Shown here one piece after another: positions 53,126 through 63,549 of a stretch of DNA of 64,000 nt (its first letter is position 1; every line of letters begins with the position of its first letter). Source of the stretch: an uncultured Spirochaetota bacterium (GTDB lineage: Bacteria > Spirochaetota > Brevinematia > Brevinematales > JAOACQ01); the NCBI GenBank assembly GCA_963835575.1, contig CAWIGG010000002.1, positions 1,088,001-1,152,000 on the forward strand, in the 5' to 3' direction. The translations under genes and the position numbers were made by a program. The notes under the pieces were generated by a model. The model did no database searches and had not been told where the DNA came from. It saw nothing but the letters and a program-made list of their open reading frames with translations.

Positions 53126-54679
53126 ATGGACTATAAAGTAACGGCAAGGAAATGGCGACCTCAATCATTTGAAGAGATTATTGGACAGGATAACTTGGTC
53201 CTCGCAATTAAAAACTCTCTTTCGTCTGGAAAAATTCCGCATGCGCTTCTTTTTTCAGGGGTCAGGGGAGTAGGGAAAACTACTACCGCACGCATTATCG
53301 CAAAAGCGCTTAATTGCCAGAACCCTCATAATATGGAACCATGCAATAAATGCTCCTCCTGCACTGAAATAACAAATGGTTATTCACTGGATGTAATTGA
53401 GATTGACGGCGCTTCTAATAGAGGTATTGATAATATCAGAGAATTAAAAGACACTGTGGCATATATGCCTATGTCTGGCAAATATAAAGTATATATAATT
53501 GATGAAGTGCATATGCTGACAAATGAAGCTTCAAATGCCCTGCTTAAGACGCTGGAAGAACCTCCAAGTCATGCAATATTTATTCTTGCGACGACAGAAG
53601 CGCATAAAGTGATACCGACAATTAAATCACGCTGCCAGCATTATATTTTTAAAAAAATATCATCAAAAAGTATTGTTGAACAGCTTAAAATAATCTGCAA
53701 GGAAGAAAGGATAAAATTTACCGAGGATGGTCTATTTCTTATAGCAAATTCTTCAGATGGTTCATTAAGGGATGCTGAAAGCATATTTGATCAGGTTGTT
53801 ATCTATTCAAGTGCAAACATAACAGAACAAAGTGCTTCCGATCTAATCGGAATTCCAGATATTCATTACTTCATTAACATAATTGAATCCGTTAAATCGA
53901 CTGATATTATCAGAATGCTTAAAACCACCAGCGACTACATTGAAAGCATAGGAGATATCAAGATATTTACAAAAGGAATTATACTATTCCTGAAAAACGG
54001 TATTTTAATAAAAAAGCTGTCTTATAACGATGATTTACTTGAAATGCCGCAAAAAAAATATAACGAAATGACCCTGCTGTTTATAGAATTTTCAATAGAG
54101 GATATAATAAAAATCATTAATATTTTTGTTGATTTATATAAAGATCTTAAGGGTGATGCAAATGAAAGATTTTTACTGGAAACAGCTCTTTTTAAGATAA
54201 TGGATTATAAAAATATCTATCCGATCGGGTCATTAAGGAAAGAAATAATTGCTTATCTTGAAAATAATAAAAATAAAAACATTTCAGATCATGATAATAA
54301 TTTACATAATATAAACAGTGATGCTTCTGAAAAAGATATAAAGAAAGTTGTTTTAGAAATTCTCTCCGGAAGTCAAATAACAAAGGCAATGCTTCAAGCA
54401 ATTAATAAAATTGAAATCTCAAATAATACAATTCATATAGAAATATCAGTCCTGCATTCATATGAATATCTTGAAAAGAATAAAAAAGAGATATTAAATG
54501 AATTAAATAAACGGATTAATAAGGATTTTAATATTAAGTTTTCATTAAATAAATTGAGAAATGATGAAAACGAATATATTGAAAATAACGAAAAATCTAT
54601 GCATTTCAAAGATGAAAAAGAGAATAAACCGGAAATCGTAAAAGAAATCGTTAATCTATTTGATGGAAAAATTCAATAA
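53126..54679 (+). CDS. dnaX: DNA polymerase III subunit gamma/tau
   Basis: ARKWRPQ, GVRGVGKTT, EIDGASNRG, IIDEVHML, LLKTLEEPP, SRCQ. Confidence 0.96.
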   Translation: MDYKVTARKWRPQSFEEIIGQDNLVLAIKNSLSSGKIPHALLFSGVRGVGKTTTARIIAKALNCQNPHNMEPCNKCSSCTEITNGYSLDVIEIDGASNRGIDNIRELKDTVAYMPMSGKYKVYIIDEVHMLTNEASNALLKTLEEPPSHAIFILATTEAHKVIPTIKSRCQHYIFKKISSKSIVEQLKIICKEERIKFTEDGLFLIANSSDGSLRDAESIFDQVVIYSSANITEQSASDLIGIPDIHYFINIIESVKSTDIIRMLKTTSDYIESIGDIKIFTKGIILFLKNGILIKKLSYNDDLLEMPQKKYNEMTLLFIEFSIEDIIKIINIFVDLYKDLKGDANERFLLETALFKIMDYKNIYPIGSLRKEIIAYLENNKNKNISDHDNNLHNINSDASEKDIKKVVLEILSGSQITKAMLQAINKIEISNNTIHIEISVLHSYEYLEKNKKEILNELNKRINKDFNIKFSLNKLRNDENEYIENNEKSMHFKDEKENKPEIVKEIVNLFDGKIQ

Positions 54680-54715
54680 ATGTTATTATGAAATAAATAA
54701 AAAGGGAGGGCTTTT

Positions 54716-55018
54716 ATGCCTGCTATAGAAAGTCTTAAAGATATGACCAAATTTAAAAAAATGGCCGATGACGCCAAAAAAGTCATGGAAGAAATCAGGG
54801 TAACAGGAGTTTCAAAAAGAGGATATGTAAAAATCACATTGGATGGGGAAAAAGCACTTAAAAATATCGAATTTTCAACAGAAGCATTAACAATCAACCC
54901 GGATGAGCTGTCAAAATGTGCGAAAGAAGCTCATAGAGCGGCTTTTAAAGAAGTTGAAAAACATGTGAAAAAGCAGATGAAAAATTCAGGCTTAGGTAAT
55001 TTTTTAATGGGTAAATAG
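54716..55018 (+). CDS. ybaB: YbaB/EbfC nucleoid-associated protein
   Basis: About 100 aa between dnaX and recR; V.G.S..G.V.ITLDG pattern. Confidence 0.85.
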   Translation: MPAIESLKDMTKFKKMADDAKKVMEEIRVTGVSKRGYVKITLDGEKALKNIEFSTEALTINPDELSKCAKEAHRAAFKEVEKHVKKQMKNSGLGNFLMGK

Positions 55019-55020
55019 CA

Positions 55021-55620
55021 ATGTTTTCTGAAAGCCTGAGACATTTTATCGCCTTATTCTCACAATTGCCCGGAATAGGGCAAAGATCAAGTGAAAGAAT
55101 AGGCTATTTTCTTTTATCTCAAAAAGAAGAGTTTATTAAAGATCTTACTGAATCTATTATTAATTTAAAAAAAAACATATTACTTTGTTCAATCTGCGGC
55201 AATTTATCAGAATATGATCCTTGTCAGATTTGCACTAATAAATCACGTGATATTGAATTACTTTGTATTGTTGAAAGTCCTATTGATATTTATTATATTG
55301 AATCGACAAATTGCTATAAAGGCCTGTATCATTCTCTTGGAGGTGTATTGTCGCCTCTTAACGGCATTACACCTAAAGATTTGAATATTAATAAATTATT
55401 AGACAGATTTAATTCACAAAATTTCAGAGAATTAATCTTTGCAACGAGCCCGACAACAGAAGGTGATGCTACTGTATTATATATTAAAGACTTATTAAAA
55501 GATAAAAATATTATATTTTCTCATTTAGCCCGCGGTATTCCTGTTGGAACCAGTATACAATACGCTGGAAATAGAAGTTTATCACAGGCTATGAAGAGCA
55601 GGGAAAAGTTAATTGACTAA
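55021..55620 (+). CDS. recR: Recombination mediator RecR
   Basis: LPGIG.RS.ER, CSICGN...CQIC, YHSLGG.LSP, ATSPTTEGDAT, ARGIPVG. Confidence 0.96.
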   Translation: MFSESLRHFIALFSQLPGIGQRSSERIGYFLLSQKEEFIKDLTESIINLKKNILLCSICGNLSEYDPCQICTNKSRDIELLCIVESPIDIYYIESTNCYKGLYHSLGGVLSPLNGITPKDLNINKLLDRFNSQNFRELIFATSPTTEGDATVLYIKDLLKDKNIIFSHLARGIPVGTSIQYAGNRSLSQAMKSREKLID

Positions 55621-55681
55621 TTCTGGATATGAAGCTATAATAAATGAGTCCTTATTTTCTTTATTTGTAAGGAATTGAATT

Positions 55682-56170
55682 ATGTTTAAAATCGGAGAAA
55701 GAGTTTTTTATCCTTATCATGGAGCTGGAGAAATCCAGGGTGTAGAAGAAAAAGAAATATTAGGTGAAAAAAGGATATACTATATAATCCGTTTTCCCCT
55801 AACAGAAACTACAATAATGGTCCCATCTGATAATACTAAAGAATTAGGCCTTCGCGATATTGCCAAATCAAAAGACATAAAGAAGTGTTTAGAAGTTATT
55901 TCTTCTCATGATAGTGATATTGATGAAGATTGGAAAATACGTTATAAAAAACATCAGGATATGCTTAAATCTGGAACTATAGTTGAAGTTTCCAGAGTAA
56001 TAAAAAATTTATTTAATAGAAATCAGGTGAAAGAACTATCAACAACAGAAAAAAAACTCTATAATACAGCTCTAAATATGTTGGTGAGTGAAATAGCGCT
56101 TTCTATTGGTAAAAATCAAGAAGAAGTAAAAAACGAAGTGTTCCGTTTATTAAATGAATCAATAAAATAA
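55682..56170 (+). CDS. carD: CarD family transcriptional regulator
   Basis: FKIGERVFYPYHGAG.I, MVP......GLR, W..RY, LS..EKKL. Confidence 0.92.
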   Translation: MFKIGERVFYPYHGAGEIQGVEEKEILGEKRIYYIIRFPLTETTIMVPSDNTKELGLRDIAKSKDIKKCLEVISSHDSDIDEDWKIRYKKHQDMLKSGTIVEVSRVIKNLFNRNQVKELSTTEKKLYNTALNMLVSEIALSIGKNQEEVKNEVFRLLNESIK

Positions 56171-56180
56171 TAAAATTTGT

Positions 56181-56208
56181 ACTTAACATAATATATCTTA
56201 TAGGAAGT
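56181..56208 (-). other. dif: dif site (XerC/XerD chromosome dimer resolution site)
   Basis: Minus strand ACTTCCTATAA-GATATA-TTATGTTAAGT, an 11-6-11 layout; left arm one mismatch from B. subtilis ACTTCCTAGAA, right arm one mismatch from E. coli TTATGTTAAAT; intergenic. Confidence 0.85.
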
Positions 56209-56213
56209 CTAAT

Positions 56214-56711
56214 GTGGTAAAATTAGGAATAAAAATCATTGCTATTTTGCTTATTTTATTCCTCCATAATACTCTTCTCCATTCTTATCTTACTGTTAAT
56301 ACAAATGATCTAATGAAAAATGAAAAAGCAATAACAAACATTGAAATCAAAAAAGTCATTGAACCTGAACTTCCAAATAGTTATTTAAGTACAGGAAAAA
56401 TAGAATTAGAAAAACCTGATACAGTATCAAGAAGATTTGATTTGGTTTATTTTATTTCAATTCCTGTTATTTTTTATTTAACATTGAATTTTGAAGCTAT
56501 TAAAAATCAGTTCACAAGAAATAATTCATTTGTCAATGATACTGATTGGGATTATATTTATTTTAACACATTTGTAATTCCAATAGTTGTCGCTTATTTT
56601 GATAATTTATATATTGACAATCAAAATAAAATTAAAGAAAATATGGCAAATAATGATATTTTTAATAGAGATATTTGTTTTCAAATTAATATTATTCATT
56701 ATAATTTTTAA
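56214..56711 (+). CDS. Hypothetical membrane/exported protein
   Basis: 165 aa ORF with signal-like N-terminus and two hydrophobic segments. Confidence 0.55.
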   Translation: MVKLGIKIIAILLILFLHNTLLHSYLTVNTNDLMKNEKAITNIEIKKVIEPELPNSYLSTGKIELEKPDTVSRRFDLVYFISIPVIFYLTLNFEAIKNQFTRNNSFVNDTDWDYIYFNTFVIPIVVAYFDNLYIDNQNKIKENMANNDIFNRDICFQINIIHYNF

Positions 56712-56753
56712 ATTATTAATTTAATTAAAAAAATACAATCTACCAATAGGAGT

Positions 56754-57872
56754 ATGTCATTGAAAGTCCTAGTAATAAACTGGCGTGATATAAATAATCC
56801 TGAGGCTGGAGGAGCAGAAGTTTACATTGATGAAGTTTTAAAAAAAAAACCGTCAGATTGGAAAGTTGATTTTATAAGCACATCATTTAAAAATTCAAAA
56901 AAAAAAGAAATAATAAACGGTTATAATGTTATAAGAATACCCAATAATTTATTATTTAATTTTACATTTAAGTATTTTTGGAGAAAATTCTTTTCTAAAA
57001 ATCATTATGATTTAATTGTGGATGTTATATCAAAAATCCCTCTCGCAACACCCCTATATATAAGAAATATTCCAATTTTATCTATTCATTATCATATTCA
57101 TGGAAAAAGTCTATTTAAAGAATTGCCTTATCCAATGGCTTTATATGTCTATTTAATGGAAAAGCATTTTCTTAGATATTATACAAAGGTACCCACTCTA
57201 TTGATTGCTGAAAGTGACAAACAAGAACTTGAAGAAATATATAAATTTGAGAATTTATATATAGCCTATTGCGGTATTGATGTGTCTTTTATGAAAGATA
57301 TCAATCCATTTAAAAAATCTGAAATACCAACACTTTTGTATTTCGGAAGGCTTAAAAAATACAAACGCGTTGACCATATAATAAAGGCTTTTGCTTTAGT
57401 CATTAAAAAAATACCGAATGCTGTTTTTTACATAGCTGGAAAAGGAGATGATGAGGAAAGGCTCAAAGACATCGTAAATATTATGAAATTAAATGATTCA
57501 GTTAAATTCATGGGTTTTATCAGTGAAAAAGATAAAGGTAAATGTGTATCTGAATCCTGGGTTTTCACTATTACTTCAGAAAAAGAAGGATGGGGAATAG
57601 TTGTTATTGAGGCAAATGCAGGCGCTTTACCTGTTGTTGGTTATAATGTTGAAGGAATCAGGGATTCAATCAAAGACGGCTATTCCGGTTATTTAGTTGA
57701 AAACGGCAATATAAATCAATTAGCTGAAAAAATAGTACTTTTATTAAATAATAATAAATTAAGAAATCTAATGTCTCAAAATGCATTAGAATGGTCAAAT
57801 CATTTCCGATGGGATAAAACAGCAGAAATATTTTACTCAATCGCTAATAAATTGATACAAAAGTTTCATTAA
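56754..57872 (+). CDS. Glycosyltransferase family 4
   Basis: NWRDI.NP.AGGAE, GRLKKYKRVD, EGWGIVVIEA.A...PVV. Confidence 0.9.
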   Translation: MSLKVLVINWRDINNPEAGGAEVYIDEVLKKKPSDWKVDFISTSFKNSKKKEIINGYNVIRIPNNLLFNFTFKYFWRKFFSKNHYDLIVDVISKIPLATPLYIRNIPILSIHYHIHGKSLFKELPYPMALYVYLMEKHFLRYYTKVPTLLIAESDKQELEEIYKFENLYIAYCGIDVSFMKDINPFKKSEIPTLLYFGRLKKYKRVDHIIKAFALVIKKIPNAVFYIAGKGDDEERLKDIVNIMKLNDSVKFMGFISEKDKGKCVSESWVFTITSEKEGWGIVVIEANAGALPVVGYNVEGIRDSIKDGYSGYLVENGNINQLAEKIVLLLNNNKLRNLMSQNALEWSNHFRWDKTAEIFYSIANKLIQKFH

Positions 57873-57882
57873 GGAATTATAT

Positions 57883-58872
57883 ATGAAAACAGCGCTTATT
57901 ACTGGAATAAACGGCCAGGACGGTTCTTATTTATCTAAATTACTTTTAAATAAAAGTTATAAAGTAATCGGTTTAATGCGGGAAGAGGATAAAAACCAGC
58001 TTCAAAACCTGGAATATCTTGGTGTGGTAAACGATATTGAATTGATTTTTTCAGATATGCTGGATATTACAAATTTATGTAATATTATGAAAAAATATAA
58101 GCCGGATGAAATTTATAATCTTGCCGCCCAGAGTTCTGTCGGTTTATCTTTTGAACAGCCGTTAATTACTATGGAATTTAATATATTCAGTGTTTCTCAT
58201 CTTCTGGAATCAATACGTACTGTCAATACTGAATGCCGCTTTTATCAGGCTTCTTCAAGCGAAATGTTCGGCAATGTCAGAAAAGAACATCTGCCCGTAA
58301 CAGAGGATTTTGAGTTTCATCCGGTTAGTCCCTACGGCATATCAAAAGCTACAGCACACTGGATAACAGTGAATTATCGAGAAGCTTACCATCTTTTCGC
58401 AGTTAACGGCATCCTTTTTAATCATGAATCTGCTTTGAGAGGGAAAAATTTTGTAACAAAGAAGATCATTACAACAGCCATCAATATCAGCCGGGGAAAA
58501 GAGAAAGAACTGCGTCTCGGCAACCTGAATGTCAGCAGAGATTGGGGGTATGCTCCAAAATATGTTGAAGCTATGTGGCTGATACTTCAACAAAAAACTT
58601 TTTCTGATATGATCATTTGTTCCGGTGAAGCGCATAGTCTTGAAGATTTCACCAGAACAGTTTTTCAAATTCTTAACCTGGATTATGAAAATCATGTTAT
58701 TATTGATAGAAACCTTTATAGACCCGTTGATCTCGAAATAATATATGGAAATAATAAAAAAGCCAAAGAAATACTCGGCTGGGATTATAATATTAAATTT
58801 CATGAACTTATAGAAAAACTGATTAACGATGAAATCGATTTTATGAATTGGGAACAAAAACGTAAAAAATAG
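57883..58872 (+). CDS. gmd: GDP-mannose 4,6-dehydratase
   Basis: ITGINGQDGSYL, NLAAQS, YQASSSEMFG, SPYGISK, LFNHES, GNL...RDWG. Confidence 0.92.
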   Translation: MKTALITGINGQDGSYLSKLLLNKSYKVIGLMREEDKNQLQNLEYLGVVNDIELIFSDMLDITNLCNIMKKYKPDEIYNLAAQSSVGLSFEQPLITMEFNIFSVSHLLESIRTVNTECRFYQASSSEMFGNVRKEHLPVTEDFEFHPVSPYGISKATAHWITVNYREAYHLFAVNGILFNHESALRGKNFVTKKIITTAINISRGKEKELRLGNLNVSRDWGYAPKYVEAMWLILQQKTFSDMIICSGEAHSLEDFTRTVFQILNLDYENHVIIDRNLYRPVDLEIIYGNNKKAKEILGWDYNIKFHELIEKLINDEIDFMNWEQKRKK

Positions 58873-58891
58873 AGATTGAGGACCATTAAGC

Positions 58892-61231
58892 TTGAAATAT
58901 TATTTTGAAATTTTAGAATTCAATAAAATCATTCCAATAATAAAAAAATATCTAAAAACATATCCGGGGAAAAAAGAGCTTGATAATATATATAAAATAA
59001 TTGAATTAAGAAACGCGGATTCTGAGCTGAAAATAAGCGAACAAATGGCTCATTATTTACAATATGACTCTTCCATTTCTTTTGAAGAACTAAATAATAT
59101 TGAAGAATCTATAAAAAATTCAAAAATAAAGCATTATGCAATGAATTCTGATGAAGTATTGGAAATTAAAAAAGTATTCGGGATTTATAAGGATATTTAT
59201 AATTCCCTTGTCCCCTATTCTGAAAAATATTCTTTGCTCTTTAATCTCATAAAAGATATAACTTTGCCCGAAAAATTAATTTCCTCTATTTCAAAAGTCA
59301 TGGATGATGAGGGCGCGATATTGGACAGCGCTTCCGATGAGTTAAAAAGAATCAGAAAGAGGAAATCATCCGTTAGAATCGATATCCATTCTGCTTTAAC
59401 AACTCTTATAGAAAAAAAGTCTTTAAAAGAAGCTGTTCAGGAAAAATTCATTACTATCCGTGACGGCCGGTTTGTAATACCAATCAAAGTTCAATATAAA
59501 AACAAATTAAAATCCGAATTTAATTATGTAGTTCATTCTTTTTCAAAAACCGGTGAAACATCATTTGTGGAACCTGAAAACATTATTGAGCTTAATAATG
59601 AAATAGTTGAAATAGATGATGTTGAATTAAAGGAAATTAATAGAATATTAATATCGTTAACAGAGCTTATTTCAGAACAATCAGATATTATAATGAATAT
59701 ATATTTTCTAATAGGCAGACTTGAGCTTATTTATGCCAAAGCTAAATTCGCCATCGAATATCATTGTTGTTTTCCTGAAATTATTCGAGATAAGGCTTGT
59801 TTAAGGTTAAGAAAAGCACGCCACCCGCTCCTGGGAGTTAATTCAATTCCAGTCGATATTGAGATCGGTTTTTCATGCCAGGGATTGGTTATTTCAGGCC
59901 CGAATGCGGGCGGAAAAACTGTCGCTTTAAAAACAGCGGGGCTTTTAACACTGATGGCTTTATGCGGTATTCCAATTCCAGCGGCCAGGGATTCACAAAT
60001 CGGCTATTTTTCAAAAATTATGGCTGAAATTGGAGATGAACAGAATATATCCGAAAATCTTTCCAGTTTTTCAGGGCATATTGTCAGTATTTCAAGAATG
60101 CTTAAAGACTGTGATAAAGACTCCCTTATCCTGATCGATGAAATAGCAAGTTCTACAGAGCCGAAAGAAGGAGAAGCGCTGGGCCGGGCCATAATTCTTT
60201 CAATAATCAACAAAGGGGCCGGTTTTATCATTACTACACATTTCCAGGCTTTAAAAGAAATCTCCTACTCATTCGGTAAGGTTAAAAACGCGGCAGTTGA
60301 TTTTGATGAAGAAAAATTAATGCCTTTATACAGTTTGAGAACCGGGACTTCCGGCAGCAGCTATGCTCTCAGAATCGCTAAAAAATACGGTCTAGACGAT
60401 AACATCATTAAAAACGCGGAAATTTACTTGAATGAGAAATATTCTTCCATTGAAAAATTGATGAAATCCCTTGAATCAGAAAGAAATGAGCTGATAAAAA
60501 GGAAGATAATAATTGAAAAAAATATTGAGGAAAGCCGCAATATTAAATCTAATTATGATAAAATTCTTAAAGAAGTTGAAGAAGAAAAAAAAGCTCTTCA
60601 AAAAAAAGGAATACATATGCTCAGACAGGAACTTGATGATGCTTTAAAAGAGCTTGCCCTTCTTAAATCAGAATTAAAAAAGAAAACCATGGATAGCGTT
60701 AAAAAAGTGCAGGAAGATATAAAAGGCGTTCAGAAATTTTTAAAAGATTCTGAAGAAAAAATATTAAAAGATGAACGCCGGCATCCGAAGGAAATATCAA
60801 CAGGTCAAAAGATTTTTGTCGGCAGTTTTAAAAAAGAAGGCTATATTGAGCAAATACTGGGCGATAAATTTAAGGTCCGGCTTGGTATAATCAGTACTAT
60901 TGTTGAATTAAATGATATTTATTTGACTGAAAATGATAGTAATAATTATAAAGCTTCAACAAGGACCATTTTGGAAAACACTTCTGCCGCACCTCTTTCG
61001 ATTGATGTGAGAGGTCATAATGCCGAAGAAGCCTTAAAAGTGGTGGAGAAAAACATTGATCTGGCCTATATGAAAGGAGCCTCTACCCTTTCTATTATTC
61101 ATGGAAAAGGAGAAGGCATCCTCAGAAGAGAAATATGGAATTTTCTGCAGAAACAGGATAGTATTCGGAGTTTTAACTACGCCAAACCAGAGGAAGGCGG
61201 ACAGGGAAAAACAATTATATTCTTTAAATGA
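58892..61231 (+). CDS. mutS2: MutS2 family ATPase/endonuclease
   Basis: ARHPLL, SGPNAGGKT, IGDEQ....LSSFS, TTH, C-terminal Smr domain (IHGKGEGILR...GG.G.T). Confidence 0.92.
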   Translation: MKYYFEILEFNKIIPIIKKYLKTYPGKKELDNIYKIIELRNADSELKISEQMAHYLQYDSSISFEELNNIEESIKNSKIKHYAMNSDEVLEIKKVFGIYKDIYNSLVPYSEKYSLLFNLIKDITLPEKLISSISKVMDDEGAILDSASDELKRIRKRKSSVRIDIHSALTTLIEKKSLKEAVQEKFITIRDGRFVIPIKVQYKNKLKSEFNYVVHSFSKTGETSFVEPENIIELNNEIVEIDDVELKEINRILISLTELISEQSDIIMNIYFLIGRLELIYAKAKFAIEYHCCFPEIIRDKACLRLRKARHPLLGVNSIPVDIEIGFSCQGLVISGPNAGGKTVALKTAGLLTLMALCGIPIPAARDSQIGYFSKIMAEIGDEQNISENLSSFSGHIVSISRMLKDCDKDSLILIDEIASSTEPKEGEALGRAIILSIINKGAGFIITTHFQALKEISYSFGKVKNAAVDFDEEKLMPLYSLRTGTSGSSYALRIAKKYGLDDNIIKNAEIYLNEKYSSIEKLMKSLESERNELIKRKIIIEKNIEESRNIKSNYDKILKEVEEEKKALQKKGIHMLRQELDDALKELALLKSELKKKTMDSVKKVQEDIKGVQKFLKDSEEKILKDERRHPKEISTGQKIFVGSFKKEGYIEQILGDKFKVRLGIISTIVELNDIYLTENDSNNYKASTRTILENTSAAPLSIDVRGHNAEEALKVVEKNIDLAYMKGASTLSIIHGKGEGILRREIWNFLQKQDSIRSFNYAKPEEGGQGKTIIFFK

Positions 61232-61253
61232 TTATAACCTGAAAATAATTCTA

Positions 61254-62343
61254 CTACCGGCTCTTTAAATATCCAATGATAAAATCATCTATATCCCCGT
61301 CCATTACAGACTGCACATTTTTAATTTCTATACCTGTACGGTGGTCTTTTACAAGCGTATAAGGCTGAAAAGTATAACTTCGGATTTGATTTCCCCACTC
61401 TATCGCTTTTTTTTCAGGCAAATTTTTACTTTTTTCTTCTTCCTGCCTTTCCCTCTCTATTTCATAAAGCTTGGATTTAAGCATTTTCATTGCCATTTCA
61501 CGGTTCTGCAGTTGCGACCTTTCTATCTGGCATGCAACGACTACACCGGTAGGCAAATGAGTGATCCTGACGGCTGATTCTGTTTTATTGACATACTGTC
61601 CGCCGGCCCCGCTTGCCCTGTAAGTATCAATTTTCAAGTCTTTAGGGTCTATAGACAGGTTAATTTCCTCATTAATTTCAGGTGAAACGCTTATTGAACA
61701 GAAGGATGTCTGCCTTTTATTATTGGCATTAAAAGGCGACAGTCTTACAAGGCGGTGTATTCCATTTTCGGCGCTCAGGTAGCCGTAAGCATATCTTCCT
61801 TTTATAAATAATGTTACATCCTTAACACCGGCTACTTCTCCGGGATCGTAACTGATAATCTCCAGAGAAAATCCTTTTCTCTCAACCCATCTCTGATACA
61901 TTCTGAGAAGCATTTCGGCCCAATCCTGAGATTCTGTTCCGCCTGCACCGGGATGAATATTCAGAAAAGCATTGTTCTGGTCAAAATCTCCCCTGAACAT
62001 CATAACAATTTCCAGCTGTTGAAGCTTGCGTAGTAAAGAATCATACTCCGATTCAATATTCTTTAACAATGAATCATCACTGTCGCTTTCCGCCAGACCG
62101 GCCATTTCGACAAGATCAGTTACCTTTGATTTAAGATCAAGCCAGCCGCCTAATTCCTTTTCCAGAGCCGAGATTTTTGAAGATAACTCTGCCGACTTCT
62201 TATGATCGGTCCATGTTTTTTCATCGCTCAATTCAATTTTTAATTTTTCCAATTCCAATAATTTTCTTTCTACTTCAAAGTTGCCTCCAATCATTTTCCA
62301 GTTCAAGATTGAGTTCCCTGCACTTTTCTGATAACGCTCCCAT
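61254..62343 (-). CDS. prfB: Peptide chain release factor 2 (programmed +1 frameshift)
   Basis: Short ORF MGALSEKCRELNLELENDWRQL ending in CTT TGA (62280-62275) with internal GGAGG; +1 frame carries GGTESQDWA, SPF and GGQ motifs. Confidence 0.96.
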
Positions 62344-62355
62344 AAAACCTTCCTT

Positions 62356-63531
62356 TTAATATTTTGTTAATATATTGATAAAATCATCTGAATTCAATTT
62401 CACCGGATTACTTTTAGAATCAGCCGATTGAGCTATTTTTTTTAGATCAATCTCAGATATTCCAAGCTCTTTCACATTCGGGATAGTGAGTTTTCGCGCC
62501 CATTCTTCAATCTTATTTATGAGTAAGTCACACCCTTTTTTTATATCTTTTTCATCGCTGTCTGTAAGCAGATGGCCTATTCTTGAGTATTTTTTAAGAT
62601 AATATGATTGATTTTCTAATAAAAGTTTCTCAATATTATATTTTGTGACTCTGCCGACCAATGAAGCGCAGATAGTGCCATGCGGAATATTAAATAAACC
62701 GCCTATAACGCCAGCCAGGCCATGAACGGCCCCAAGGCCAACATTTGTAAGAGCCGCGCCGGATAAATAAGCGGCATATGATAACCGCGAACGGACTGAA
62801 ATATCTCCCGCTCCGTCTGTGCAGGCGGCAATCAAAGCATCATTTTTAAACATCTCCAGGCCATTTATTGACAGCGCATCAGACAGAACAGACGCTTTTA
62901 CCGACATAAATGACTCAAGAAGCTGTGTAAAAGCATCCATGCCGCTTGCGGCCGTGACTCCAAACGGACAGCTTAAAGTCAGTTCAGGATCAATAATAAC
63001 AGCGTCCGGTATTAAATTATTATGTCTGAGGGATTTTTTAAAGCCTTGAGGCCCAATTCTGCTTAACACCGCGTTATTTGTCGCCTCACTGCCAGTACCG
63101 GCGGTTGTCGGAACTGCTATAAAAGGCACTTTTATGCCGTTATGCTTTTTCTTTCCCAAACCTTCAATATAATCCATCGCTGATTCTTTTTGAGGAATCA
63201 TGGCAGATACGGCTTTACCGGTGTCTATAACGCTTCCACCACCTATTGAAAGAACAGCATGAAGCTGTTTATCGCGGTAAAAAGAAGCGATTTCATCAAC
63301 AAAATCGGGTGAGGCTTCTCCTTCTATTTCCTGTTCATAATAATTGATCTGAGAGTTTTTTAGATCTTGAAGCAGTTTTTCCCGCTTCGGCGATGATTTA
63401 AACGAAGACATTCCTGTAATAATGAGAATATTATTTCCAATATCGCCGATTAAACCGCACAATTCATTGATGGACCCTGCACCGAATACTAATTTCGGAT
63501 TAAATGAAAATTGAAACGGTTTTATATCCAT
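62356..63531 (-). CDS. Iron-containing alcohol dehydrogenase
   Basis: GGGSVID.GK, VPTTAGTGSEAT, DPELT, GMDAFTQLLES, GAVHGLA, HG. Confidence 0.92.
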   Translation of the reverse strand: MDIKPFQFSFNPKLVFGAGSINELCGLIGDIGNNILIITGMSSFKSSPKREKLLQDLKNSQINYYEQEIEGEASPDFVDEIASFYRDKQLHAVLSIGGGSVIDTGKAVSAMIPQKESAMDYIEGLGKKKHNGIKVPFIAVPTTAGTGSEATNNAVLSRIGPQGFKKSLRHNNLIPDAVIIDPELTLSCPFGVTAASGMDAFTQLLESFMSVKASVLSDALSINGLEMFKNDALIAACTDGAGDISVRSRLSYAAYLSGAALTNVGLGAVHGLAGVIGGLFNIPHGTICASLVGRVTKYNIEKLLLENQSYYLKKYSRIGHLLTDSDEKDIKKGCDLLINKIEEWARKLTIPNVKELGISEIDLKKIAQSADSKSNPVKLNSDDFINILTKY

Positions 63532-63549
63532 ATTTTTTATCTCCAACGC

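Noticed and set aside
54010..54016. A AAA AAG heptamer in dnaX as a tau/gamma frameshift site
   Set aside because: It falls at about codon 295, inside domain III and too early for a functional gamma. No upstream SD or downstream stem is evident, and such runs are common in this AT-rich DNA
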